Source: Octopus sinensis
Lineage: Eukaryota
DNA: 64,000 bases
Assembly: GCF_006345805.1 (NCBI RefSeq)
Contig: NC_043013.1
Location: 45,632,001-45,696,000, forward strand
Direction: 5' to 3'
Part shown: one piece after another, positions 25,472 through 38,085 of the stretch
Layout of the letters: every line of letters begins with the position of its first letter
Numbering within the stretch: position 1 is the stretch's first letter
Notes under the pieces: generated by a model
The model's database searches: none
Told to the model about the DNA's origin: nothing
What the model saw: the letters and a program-made list of their open reading frames with translations, nothing else
Program-made: the position numbers and the translations under genes

Positions 25472-28400
25472 TAAGGAATTACTAAATTGTAGGATAACAC
25501 TCTTTGTGATTTGTTATGAAATTTTTGACTGTTGTTTTATTATTATTTAATTTCAAGTAAAATGCAGCTGTTGGAATTGTCAGTGTGTCGAACAAAATGC
25601 TTAGCAGCACTTCTTCCTACTGAATTCAAGTCCAATAGTACATGATTAATGCAAAACAATGTGAAGAAAAAAAGCATTACTTCTGACAGAATACTGTGAA
25701 TGCTAAATGTGAATACTTTAGCATTCACATTTCTCTGTCAAATGAAATGCTTATTTGTTCACACTGTTTTCATCATCGTTTAGTGTCCGCTTTCCATGCT
25801 AGCATGGGTTGGACGGTTCAACTGGGGTCTGGGAAACCAGAAGGCTGCACCAGGCCCAGTTTGATCTGGCAATGTTTCTATGGCTGGATGCCCTTCGTAA
25901 CGCCAACCACTCCGTGAGTGTAGTAGGTGCTTTTTTACGTGCCAGACGAGGCTGGCAGACGGCCACGATCAGATGGTGCTTTTTACATGCCACCGGCACA
26001 GAGGCCGGATGAGGCTGGCAATGGCCACGATCGGATGGTGCTTTTTACATGCCACCAGCACGGAGGCCAGTCGGGGCGGCGCTAGCAACGGCCATGTTCG
26101 GATGGTTTTGAATGCATTAACTCCTAACTGAGATTTTCGTGATGTGGCTCTTTACCTTAGGAATGATGTTGTAGGCTATGTGTGAGAAGCTGGATTTCGC
26201 TGGCTTGAACCCAAAGGAGGTAGAAAACTCAGGCCAGATATATGACTGGTTTGAATGCTAAAGGATTAAACTATATTTTTTCCTGTGCATCTCTGCTGTC
26301 CACTAACCTTGTGTTTCATGTCCTTTTATCAGTTATTGCTGTTCATTGGCCTGATACTTAACTTTGGTCAAGTCGATTGAAAGAAGACCATGTAATGTTG
26401 CAAGTAACTTTTCTTGGAACAAGAATTAAACACAGCACTAGAAGCCAATGAATTATGTATCACTTTTACATTGTTCTACATTTGTAGGACATATACATTA
26501 GCTTTAAACTGAAATTTATGTGTCATTTATAGTATTTCCTGTGTCTGGTGGATTTCATGCCATGGGACACTTGTGTTGTGCCACTGTCAAGATATGAACC
26601 ACTGACCAAAGCTGGTTCTCAGATATCCTCCTTACTTGACCATGCCGACTTTCATCGACTAAAGTTTTTGGCTGTGTGGTAAGAAACTTGCTTCCCAGAC
26701 ACACAGTTCAGGGTTCAGTCCTGCTGCATGACACCTTGGGCAAGTGTCTTCTACTTTAGTGTTGGGCCGACCAAAGCCTTGTCAGTAGATTTGGTAGATG
26801 GAAATTGAAAGAAGCCTACCATGTGTGTGTGTGTGTCCGTCCCACCACTTGACAACTGATGTTAGTGTGTTTACATCCACATAACTTAGTGGTTTGGTAA
26901 AAGAGACTGATAAAATAAGTGCCAGTCTTAAAAGAAGTACTAGGGTCAACTCATTTGGCTAAAAATTCTTCAGGGCAGTGCCCCAGCACAGCCAGTCTAA
27001 TGACTGAAACAAGTGGAAGATAAAAGTTATGATCAATTTTATTCTTAAAATACTGTATTCATCATCATCATCATGTCCACTTCTCTGCTGGTATGGGTTT
27101 GATCAGTGAGGTCCATTGAAGCAGTATTCTACTGTTGGATGCCCTTCCTAATGCCAGCACTTCTCTTTTTGCATCTCTTTCTTTCTGTGTGTAAGTATGT
27201 GGTCATCTTAAAGGTAATCATGTTTAACGTCCATGTTCCATGTAGGTATAGATTGGATGGTTTGACAAGATCCAATGGGTCCAAAGACAGCATCATATTC
27301 TAGTTTGTGTTGGCATGGCTTCTATAGCTGGATGCCCTTCATCAGGTCAACCATATTACAGGTGCATTGGTTGCTTTCTTTTATGCCACTAGCACTAATG
27401 TGGTTACCATGCAGCTTGTAAAACTAGGAACCTTAATAGGGGAGGGGGAAACTTTATGCTAGGAGAAAGAGTAGAGAGTGATGAAGTACGGATTGAACCC
27501 AATATCCATTCTGTTGGTAAGGTGGTGAGCTGGCAGAACCATTAGCACACCGGGAAAAATGCTTAGCAGTATTTTGTCTGTCTTTATGTTCCAAGTTCAA
27601 ATTCCTGAAGTTGACTTAGCATTTCATCCTTTTGAGGTCCATAAAATAAGTACCAGTTGAAAGTTGGGTCAATGTAATTGACTTACTCCTTCCCCTAAAA
27701 TTGCTGGCCTTGTGTCAAAATTTGAAACCAATATCTTGTCTATTGGTGAAATGAGAGTCAACTTCAAATCAGCTTCATAATCCCTACGTACACTGTGTTT
27801 CAGGGAGTTAAATAGGTTCTAAAAGCTATAGACAGAAAGAAAAACATTTAAAGATCTTGAATTTGCATGCAATTATTGCATCTGGGTATTTCAACATTTA
27901 CATATCATCTCTTATGTAATGATGAAAGATGTTTCCTCGCCCAACTACTAAACAAGATTGAGATATTTGCCAAAATAATGATGATAATCACAACAGAATT
28001 GCTGAAGAAGAAGTTTTCAACGAAATTTACAGTAAATTCTGACATTGCAATGCAATTTAAAAATTTTTTCCTAGATTTCTTTCATATCCTCTTAGTAGTA
28101 GTTTGGCCAACAAAGTCGATTTTACAATTGTTACACTAGTTAGTTATGTAAATTTTTTCTTGTGAAGTGAAACCAGCAATATAACATAAAGAAACTGAAA
28201 GAAAATACAATTAAATGTATGAACACGAAATTTATACATGCATCCATCAGTGATTTGTATTTGATAGACAAGGTAGGCAGTACCTACTCATCCTGAAACT
28301 ATAAGTATTAATTATTAAATATAAAAAGTAAATGATTTCATATTCATTATAACAATAATAATTTAATGCATGAAATTTAGTGTATAATTTAGTGAACTGC

Positions 28401-29207
28401 TAATAATGATTTTGATGTTAGGTTCACACAACTTTGTCACAATTTACCAAAATGCATTAAATATCATCTTATAAGAGTGAAATGATATCTGTTCCAAATT
28501 CTAAATTAATTGTGGAATATTAGACATTGTAAGGATGAAATTAGTAGGGAAAAGAACAGCATAATTCATTATAAAAACGTTGCCAGGTTGAGATTTCAGA
28601 GTTGTCTCCCTTCTCCCTCTTGCCATGAATTTTTTATTACATAGTTTTTCTGTTCATTATGTAATGTATATAATTTTTATTTAAAAAGAAGTCATCTCAC
28701 TATATAATGTTTGCTAAATATTTTTTCATTTGCTCAATAATTTCTAAAATTGGTTTAAAAAAAAAATTTCAAATCAAAAACAGAGGACATTAATTTTATT
28801 TTTCTTATTTCTCTCTTGAATTTCTGTAATGCTATTTTAATCTTCAAGGTTATTATCAAATTTTATAATTGAATATAAATACTTTTGGAATAAGCTACAT
28901 GGTTTTTAAAATTTGTTGAATTCAAGGATTTCTATTAAATTTGAATTAATACTCATGAGGATAATACATTGCTTTCAATGTATTGAGATCTCAACAGTGT
29001 CAGTTCAGATCTCAACAGACACTGGGCTTACTTTGTCAGTTGTGGACTGTAGTATTTGGTGGTGGGAGGTAGAGTAGCAGTAAAAAGATACATGGTGTAT
29101 TTTATAAATATGCCTGTTCAAGTATCGTAAAAGCAGGAAGCTATTAGTAGCTATTAGTAGATATATGGGTGTGTGTAGTTTAGGTATGTATGTATGTATG
29201 TATATAT

Positions 29208-29495
29208 GTGGAGGCACAATGGCCTAGTGGTTAGGGCAGTGGACTCGCGGTCGCAGGATCGCGGTTTAGATTCCCAGACCGGGCGTCGTGTGTGTTTATT
29301 GAGCAAAAACACCTAAAAGCTCCACGAGGCTCCGGCAGGGGGTGGTGATCCCTGCTGTACTCTTTCACCACTCTTTCTTCTGTTGGCCTGCTCGCTTAGC
29401 CAGCGGGGTGGCGTCATTCTAAGGCTAAAACAATGCAAACGCATTGTGACCAGCGATGTGTAACAACATCTGATGGTCTGATCGGTCACGTGATC
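29208..29495 (+). mobile_element. SINE family B, body type i
   Basis: Nearly identical to 18248-18552. Confidence 0.85.
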
Positions 29496-29922
29496 ATGTA
29501 TGTATATATATATATGTGTGTGTGTGTATCATGTAATTGTGACCGACCAGACTATCGTGTGGTTACACATTGCTGGTCACAATGCGCTTTGCATTGGTTT
29601 AGCCTTTTGAATGATGCCACCATGCAGGCTAGTAAAGCAGGCCAACATTCCCCATTGATTGAAAAGGGAACAGGAGCAACATGAAATGAAGTGCTTTGTT
29701 CAGGGATATAGTGCTCTAGCTATTGTGGGTGCAACAGACTAACCACTAGGTCACGTGCCTTCACATGCACACATATATATGCACAGGCTGTTTGCTTAAG
29801 AAGTTTGTTTTCCAACCATGTGGTTTTGGGTTCAATGCCCACTGCATGACATCTTGAATATCCTTGGACTGATCAAATCTTTGTGATGAGATTTGGTGGA
29901 TGGGAAACTGAAAGAAGCCCGC

Positions 29923-29957
<35 letters not shown>

Positions 29958-30276
29958 GTGTTTCCTTGCCACAACGTTGCATGGTAGTACATGAGTATCG
30001 TTGTTATACAAATGGTATCAGCCGTTTCCATTCATCTGTGAAAAACTTGTCTGAAGTGAGGGTTGGCAACAAGAAGGGTGTCCGGTTGTATATGGGACCT
30101 ATTAAAACAACCACAAAACAAAATTTTGAAGTTTAATGACCAAATCAACAGATATTGGTGAACACTATTTGAATTTTGATTGTTAAGAACCTGTGAATCA
30201 GTTTTTTTTTTCTTCCCTTTTTTTTCTCCATTCCCTTTTGTCCATTCTCTAAAACTTGTATTTCTTTGTCTTCTAG

Positions 30277-30470
30277 ATCTGCACCAACATCGCCAAGCCA
30301 TGTAAGTGGGGCATTTACTCCTGACAGCCTTTCTCGGGATAGTAGTCCAATCCCAGAATCAGTCCCCGAAACGGAGGTTATAACAACACCAAATAGTAAT
30401 CAACAGCAAGTTAATAGTCGCATCACTTCAGAATTACGTGTTAGCCAATCAGCTCCAGGTTCACCATCAG
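30277..30470 (+). CDS. FoxK: FoxK exon D (SAPTSP and SQSAPGSP Ser/Pro motifs), phase 2 to 1
   Basis: tttgtcttctag acceptor, g|gtaagt donor; SAPTSPSHVSGAFTPDSLSRDSSPIPE...ELRVSQSAPGSPS parallels mammalian FOXK SAPASP / TPECLSREGSP / SQSAPGSP. Confidence 0.95.
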
Positions 30471-30544
30471 GTAAGTTGTTTCCACACAAACTCTTTCTAC
30501 AGGTATATCATTTGTGATATACCTGTACCCTTTGTGTATTATAA

Positions 30545-30929
30545 GTGGAGGCGCAATGGCCCAGTGGTTAGGGCAGCAGACTCGCGGTCATAGGATCGCG
30601 GTTTCGATTCCTAGACCGGGTGTTGTGAGTGTTTATTGAGCGAAAACACCTAAAGCTCCACGAGGCTCCGGCAGGGGGTGGTGGTGAGCCCTGCTGTACT
30701 CTTTCACCACAACTTTCTCTCACTCTTACTTCCTGTTTCTGTTGTACCTGTATTTCAAAGGGCCAGCCTTGTCACTCTCTGTGTCACGCTTAATATCCCC
30801 GAGAACTACGTTGAGGGTACACGTGTCTGTGGAGTGCTCAGCCACTTACACGTTAATTTCACTAGCAGGCTGTTCCGTTGATTCAGATCAACCGGAACCC
30901 TCATCGTCGTAACCGACGGAGTGCTTCCA
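30545..30929 (+). mobile_element. SINE family B, body type ii
   Basis: A box TGGCCCAGTGG at 30557-67, B box GGTTTCGATTCC at 30600-11; matches 7508-7888. Confidence 0.87.
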
Positions 30930-30988
30930 AAACCCTTTGTGATGTCATTCAAGTTATACTCAGTAGTTGTAATAACTTGAACTCATAA

Positions 30989-31364
30989 TCTCTATATATA
31001 TAAACGGCAAAATGTCTGTATGTGTGTGTGTGTGTGTCCTTTATACAAATCCACAGTTTTTCAGTTAGAGGGCTCGCACTTTCTATGGTCATTCAAAACC
31101 ATCCAAGGGTGGTTGTGCACATCTTCACATTTCCCTAGTCACCTCGCAAAGCCATTAAAAAATCAAAAGAATTGACTTTTTTTTGTGAATTTTCTATCTA
31201 AAACCCAATCAAAATGCCTGAAACTTGATACGCCAATTGAATGCCAGCTAGCTGTATGTGATTGGTCGGAGATTTGGACAGTACCCGCGTGTATGTGCGC
31301 ACGCACGCAGCTGTATATGCATGCACTAGCACTATGACCCGGTGTTGCCGGGTCATAATGCTAG
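30989..31364 (+). mobile_element. Non-autonomous Helitron
   Basis: A|TC 5' end, GC-rich hairpin gacccgg-tgttg-ccgggtc, CTAG|T 3' end, no TSD. Confidence 0.82.
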
Positions 31365-31379
31365 TGCATACTAAATTAG

Positions 31380-33170
31380 CAAGCATACACACATGGGGAG
31401 ATAAATGGAGAGAATGTGTAAGGCAAGTAAGTGGCTAGAAATAATCTCACCTAATGACTGGATTAACAGTATCATCATCTTATACAGGGGTGAAAGAGAT
31501 GCTCTAGAAAGAAGCCACTACTGTGGGTACCAAAACTGCTGGGCCAAATTATGAAAGATACAGAAAGAAATTTAACACAACTGATTAGGAATAGAATTAG
31601 CTTATCTAAGATGCAGTTTAGCTTTATGTGAAGAAGTATTACTAATGCTTGTTTCGTAGTGAGACATCTGCAGAAGTGCTTAGCTAGAAGCTGCTACTGT
31701 GTTTAACTTTTGTTGGCCTGGAAAAGGCATTTGAGAGAATCACTCACTCTGTAATCTGGTGGTCTTTAAAAAAAACCTGGGGTGGATGAATGACTTGTGA
31801 GAGCTATGCCAGCCATATAGAGAACTGCAGTCAGTAAAGCAAGCGTTAGCAATGAGTTCAGAAAGAAATTTAGCTTACAAGTTGGTGTCCACCAGGGTTC
31901 ATTTCTCAACACCTCTTGTTTATTGTAGTTCTCCAAGCCATAATAACAGAAGACCAGTTGTTTGTGAGAACTCTTTCTATGCCGATGACCATAACTGAAT
32001 CTATAGAAGACTTAGGGAATAAGCTAGACTTAAGTAGTCTCAAAGTAAATTTAGCAAAGATTAAAAGTTTTGTTAAGTAGGAAAGAAGGCAGCACCCTGC
32101 TGTCATCAAGCCAATTGTTCTGCAGAAAAAGAATTGGTAGAAATTTCAAGTGGTGTAGTGGGATCAGAAGGTAGCTGACAGAGAAGATAGACTGCATGTG
32201 TAGCAAATGTACAGGTGTCATTAGTCAAAGCACATGGGAAAAATATTTTTACAAATATCCAGAAAAATCCATAAAAGTAGACGATAGCTTTTGTTTCCTA
32301 GGTAAGAAAAGGAGGACCTAATAAGTAGTGGAAGCAGGTATTCTGAAAGCAAAGGTAGCAAAATTTCTAGAAGCTATTACCTCTATTGGCAACAAAGGGT
32401 TTCTTCCTCTTGGAATAAAGGGCAGATATCTGATGTTTGCTGCGTGGTAACAAAACGTGGGCCTTGGATGTGATACATTTGTAAAGGTTAGAAAAAGTGT
32501 AGGGTCTGCTGGGTGTGTAGTGTTGGCATGTATGAATGATGAAACAAATGCTGGCTGTAAGAGGAATCGGATGTAGTCTGCGAGAAAGAAGACTCACTTG
32601 GTATGGACTAAGGATTATCTCTCTATATATAAACGGCAAAATGTCTGCGTTTGTGTCCTTTATACAAATCCACAATTTTTCAGTTAGAGGGCTCGCACTT
32701 TCTATGGTCATTTAAAACCGTCCAAGGGTGGTCGTGCACATCTTTACCTTTCCTCAGTCACCCCGTGAAGCAATTAGAAAAAAATCAATAGAAGTGATTT
32801 TTGGTGAATTTTCTATCCAAAACCCAATCAAAATGTCCAAAACATGATACACCAACTGAATGCCAGCTAGCTGTATGTGACTGGTCGGAGATTTGGACAG
32901 TACTCGTGTGTATGTGCGCATGCACTAGCACTATGACCCAGTGTTGTCGGGTCATAGTGCTAGTATAGAGGATAAAGAATAGCTGAGCTCTTGAAGTGGA
33001 TATAAGCTCTGTTAGGTGGGAAACCTAGAAAAACATGGAATGAAGTAATGAAAACTGATTTCAAAAAGCTAAATTTCATGGAGATGACAAAGAGCTGTGA
33101 TGATTGATAACAGGTTATGCTAAGGAAGAACCATTCATCGATGCAAACATGGTAAAATAGATGTTAGAAT
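31380..33170 (+). mobile_element. Degenerate RTE-type LINE (RT C-terminal region), split by a Helitron
   Basis: Fragments KLLPLLATKGF, RGIGCSLRERRLTWYG, KTWNEVMKTDFKKLNFMEMTK; many stops and frameshifts. Confidence 0.65.
32618..32963 (+). mobile_element. Non-autonomous Helitron, second copy
   Basis: A|TC ... hairpin ... CTAG|T; colinear with 30989-31364. Confidence 0.82.
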
Positions 33171-33487
33171 CCTGGCAGCGATGGTTGTTGAGATTTGGAT
33201 CTTTCTGTGTTTGTAACACCACTCTCCAATCCACATCCTTTATCTATTTCCCATCACACTAACAAGGATTAGCATTGGATCTGTCCATATTCTGCACCCC
33301 TCTTACCATCATACCTCTTTATTGCCAGCTGTTGTTCTCTCTCGCTTTTCCTTGTTACTTTCTCATTGCTTGAACCGACAACCCTTATTCATATTACTCC
33401 ATCCTTGTTGACATACATCGCTCACTGTCTCTCCTCTTACTCAAACTTCCATCGTTCTGTCTTTCCTTATCATGCTACTCATCATGT

Positions 33488-33805
33488 GACACGTGGCACA
33501 TAAAAAGCACCATCCGAACGTGGCCGTTGCCAGCCCCGCCTTGGCTGGCTTCTGTGCCGGTGGCACGTTAAAAGCTCCAACCGATCGTGGCCGATGCCGA
33601 ACTCCCCTGGCACCTGTGCAGGTGGCACGTAAAAAGCACCCACTACACTCGCGGAGTGGTTGGCGTTAGGAAGGGCATCCAGCTGTAGAAACTCTGCCAG
33701 ATCAGACTGGAGCCTGGTGCAGCCCCTGGCTTCCCAGACCCCGGTCGAACCGTCCAACCCGTGCTCGCGTGGAAAACGGACGTTAAACGATGATGATGAT
33801 GATGA
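33488..33805 (+). mobile_element. RTE-type LINE 3' end
   Basis: Two tandem units, core and (ATG)n tail. Confidence 0.8.
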
Positions 33806-34547
33806 ATCTCTTTATCAACTTGTAGTTGCTTAATCACTGTCTCTCCTGTATAATCTCATCAACATCATCATCATTTAATGTCCATTGTCCATGCCGGCAT
33901 GGGATGGACAGTTTGACCAGAGCCGGCAAGCTGGTGCGATGCACCAGACTCCAGTCTGATTTGGCATGGTTTCTATGGCTGGGTGCCCTTCCTAATGCCA
34001 ACCACTTTACAGAGTGTGCTGGGTTGGTTTTATGTGGCATCACATGGATGCTTTTCCACGGCACCACATGGGCACTTTTACAAGGCATTGCTCAGGTGCC
34101 GTTATGTGATACTGCATGGGCATTTTTACATGACACCGCCATGAGTGCTTTTCGCCACCAGAGGGACCAGTCTTAACACTTCTGCTATGGAGTACAGGTC
34201 TTCTTGAGTACAGCAAGGCACCAAGCATCTTGGTCCTTTGTCATCTTGCCTGATAGGTTCAGCATCTGGAGGTTGTTCTTCATCACTCAGTCTTCTGTCA
34301 CTCACAATTTCCCGCTCCATAATCTCTCTTCCATTACCTTCTTTATCCTTGCACAAACAGAACATAGAAAAGGACACTTTAGCCTTAATGAGGACAAGAT
34401 GACCTACTGGTTGTCCTAATAAAATGCACCCACTCCACTCTGTAAAGTGGTTGGAATTAAGGATGTCCATCCTTTAAAAACAATGCCAAAAATGGAACAT
34501 ATAAAAGAAGGTTGGTCCCTGATTTACCTTGGAGGGCAATAACTTAA

Positions 34548-34993
34548 CCCATTAGCATTTAACCCTTTAGTGTTCAGATTACTCTGTTAAATGTAGTGCT
34601 TTTTTATTTAAATTGTTTTGAATTAATCATGCATTACCTTATAGCTTTGAGGTTTCAATGATGTGATTGTTTATTTTTAGACTGTCAATGTAGGTTAGGT
34701 GTGAGAGTCTAGATATGGCCAGTTTGAATATAAAATATGTAAATATATTGGGCCGGATTTTGCCAGTTTAAACACTAAAGGGTTAAATCAGCCATATCTG
34801 GCCTAAATATATTACTTGTTTTATGTTCAATCCAGCTAGATCTGGCCTCTTACATCTGCCTTAAAAATGTCATTTTAAAAATAAACAATCACATCATTGA
34901 AATCTCAAAGCATTTAAGATAATGCATGGTTGATTGAAAATGATGTGAATAAATAAGCATCACATTTGACAGAGTAGTCTAATTGCTAAAAGG
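34548..34993. mobile_element. MITE family 1 with a second family-1 MITE (34563-34782) inserted at its internal TTAA
   Basis: cccattagcat-TTAA-[CCCTTTAG...CTAAAGGG]-TTAA-atcagcc versus uninterrupted gcatTTAAaccggcc at ~1990. Confidence 0.85.
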
Positions 34994-37759
34994 TCAAAAA
35001 TGACTTATTTGGTCTATGACTGCCCACCCGACCCATTCCAACATGGAAAGCGGACATATAATGATAATGACTTGATATTAATCTTTGGCAAGTAGCACAC
35101 ATACACTGTGCTTCTGAACATGGATCATGAAAAAATCTGGATCAGATACTCAATTTGCATATCATCATCATCATCATCATCGTTTAACGTCCGCTTTCCA
35201 TGCTAGCATGGGTTGGATGGTTCAACTGGGGTCTGGGAAGCCCGAAGGCTGCACCAGGCCAGTCATATCTGGCAGTGTTTGTCACATCGCACTGTATTTC
35301 ACCAATCATCTCCAACCAAATTACCCATGTACTCACAGCTACTAAAACAATATGTACATATTATCACACATGCGTATTGTATTGATATTTATTGATTCCA
35401 ATGAAAAATATTTGTAGGTCTTCTGGAGGCTACACATCCAGTCCTTGATGTGTATGCACAGTTGCAAACAGAACATGTAAATGTCTTGGAATGACATTGC
35501 ATATTTCACTATTTTTATACTTCTAATGTTGTTGAGTGCATTTTTTCCTCCATATTCTTCTCCTTCCAGCTGTGTTACTGCAAAAGTGAGTGGCGGGCAA
35601 TGAGATCTTTCATTTTTGAAGGGTTCTTATTCAGTCTTTAAACTGCTTCTTTTGTCCCATCGGTGATAAAATATCCCATGGGAAAGATGCAAGTCACCCA
35701 CACGTGTGGTTAGTCCATAATTTCTTAAGTGACCTCAAAGCTCTCCTGCTATATCCACCATTTCATTTACATCAGTGTCATCAATATTAGAACTTGTGGC
35801 TTCTCTTAACCTATTCACCTTTCCTAAGATTGTTTTTAGTTTTTCTACAGCTGGATGCCCTTCCTAACGCCAACCACAACTACACTCACAGAGTGGTTGA
35901 CGTTAGGAAGGGCATCCAGCTGTAGAAACACTGCCAGATCAGACTGGAGCCTGGTGCAGCCTCCTGGCTTCCCAGACCACGGTTGAATCGCCCATCCCGT
36001 GCTAGCACGGAAAATGGACATTAAACGATGATGATGATGATGATGATGATTACCATTATTTTCAGTATGGAGCTTAGCCCAAGCCTCACTGTGGTCAGAC
36101 AGTATGTTCTGACCTTTCATTAGTTGGTACCTTAACAACTTTTTTTTTTACAGCCACATGGAGCTGTAAAGAATCTGATATTAGGCTGACAACCACAGCT
36201 GCCACACATCTGTTGTTTTACCACTAATGTAACATGTTACACGATGATTCAACTGCCTCAAGTTCAACACTAAAAGTAAAGCCACACCATGCTTTCCAAT
36301 GAATGAGTTCCTTATGTCATTGCTCAATCTAACATCCTGTATTTTTTCACTAAACTAGCTTGGTGTCTTATGGCTGAGGTGGGGGGAAAAAACAACTTTG
36401 CCTACCTGTTCTGCATCTTTTGTGAAAATCCATACACAACAGACTGATCAAATTGTCTTATGTTGACTGAGCTACTGCTACCAATAACAGCACTTGTTTC
36501 CCCTTTTATCTGTTTTCATTTCGGTATAAAAATGCCCTGTTCTATCCATCTTTACACTTTTTTCAAGCTTGAAGTTTCACTCCTCAATTTAACAAGTTCT
36601 TGTAATAACTGACCTCATTCTTCTAAAATGAAAGCCCTTCCTCCCATGACCATTCCATTTCCATCTCTCACCATCAAATTCTGTGGGGAAAACCCTTATT
36701 TTTAATTGTTGAACTTTCATCCTCCACGAATTTTGTCACCTCTGGAGTCTCCATTTTTTTGGTTGTATACTCATTGCACTGTTTCAGATTTCACTTCTTC
36801 TCCATTGATCATGACATCACCTCATTACACACCAATTATATTCATTCCAGTTACCATGTCAACACTTTTAACAATGTGATTCACCACAATCCCCTGGTGT
36901 TCTAGTTTTACTTTACTGTATGTACCCTTCCTTCTGTCTACACCCTTATCCTGCACTTTCCTCTCCTTTTTTAACAACCTGTTCAAGGAGACTAACATAA
37001 TGGTACAACCAATATCATCAAAGATTTTCACCACTACTACTTAACTAACACTTTCACTTTTTGATAACATACACTTGGGTACCTTTACTGGGTAAAAGAG
37101 GTAGCTACAAGTGCAGTAACACTTCTTGGTTTGTTAAGCTGGTTGCAGTGTTTTGCTAGGTAACTCAGCTGTATCTTTAGCAGATAATTTCAGGCCTTTC
37201 TTCTCTGCAACACCTTAAACACTACTCAATAAATGTCTCTACCTTCTATTGGTTCCTCATCACCTGCATTTTGTTGCTCTCCATCATTCTTTCTTACAGT
37301 GGTACCAGTCTAAAGTCCTGTAGCTTACAAACTGTCAGCGCTTTAGCACTAGTTATTAGGTGACCTAAGGCCATGGCATCTGCTTGACAACTGTTGAAGG
37401 GTTATCAAAGCAATTGCAAATGTGCTTCATTTGTCCTTGTTATTTTCTCCCATAATTCTTACTTAGGCCTGCTATCCCTTAATTTCATCACCATAGACAA
37501 CTATCCTCTCTCTAGTCCACCTTACTTTTCCCAGCCTTCTGTAGATCACAAATGCTCTGCCAAGTTGAACTAAGATGCATATGGAGATTAAACCTGTGCA
37601 TAATCTTACGACCTAATGGTTTATGGCACTCAATAATATCATTAATGATTACCAGTGTAAAATTCTTACGTAAATACAAAAGTAATTATATATTAATTAA
37701 ATCAGTTGAATCTTTAATAAGAAAAATTACATAGCTTTCTCTCTTTCCACACACACGTG

Positions 37760-38085
37760 GGCCCTTTGAATGTTGGGTCTCACGGAGGAGATGACAAAAG
37801 TAACTGACCTTTGGCAATAAGCTGTGCTTGAGAAGACTTGTGAATTGATGCTGGTGTCATGTAACTAGTACCCGTAGGCAGCGGCATGTAAAAGCACCTG
37901 CGATGGTGGCATGTAACAAGTACCCACTACACTCTTGAAGTGGTTGGCGTTTGGAAGGGCACCCTACCACAGAAACTATGCCAAACCAAACTGGATCTTG
38001 GTGCAGCTCCCTGCCTTACCAGTTCCAGTCAAACTGTCAAACCCATGCCAACATGTAAAGCAGATGCTATATAATGATGATGATA
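37760..38085 (+). mobile_element. RTE-type LINE ORF2 tail plus 3' UTR, diverged
   Basis: MLGLTEEMTKVTDLWQ*AVLEKT followed by the gaagggca core and atgatgatg tail. Confidence 0.7.

Noticed and set aside
30545-30615. Possible tRNA gene (A and B boxes)
   Set aside because: It runs directly into a repeated SINE body and relatives are bounded by TSDs; it is a SINE head, not a tRNA locus.
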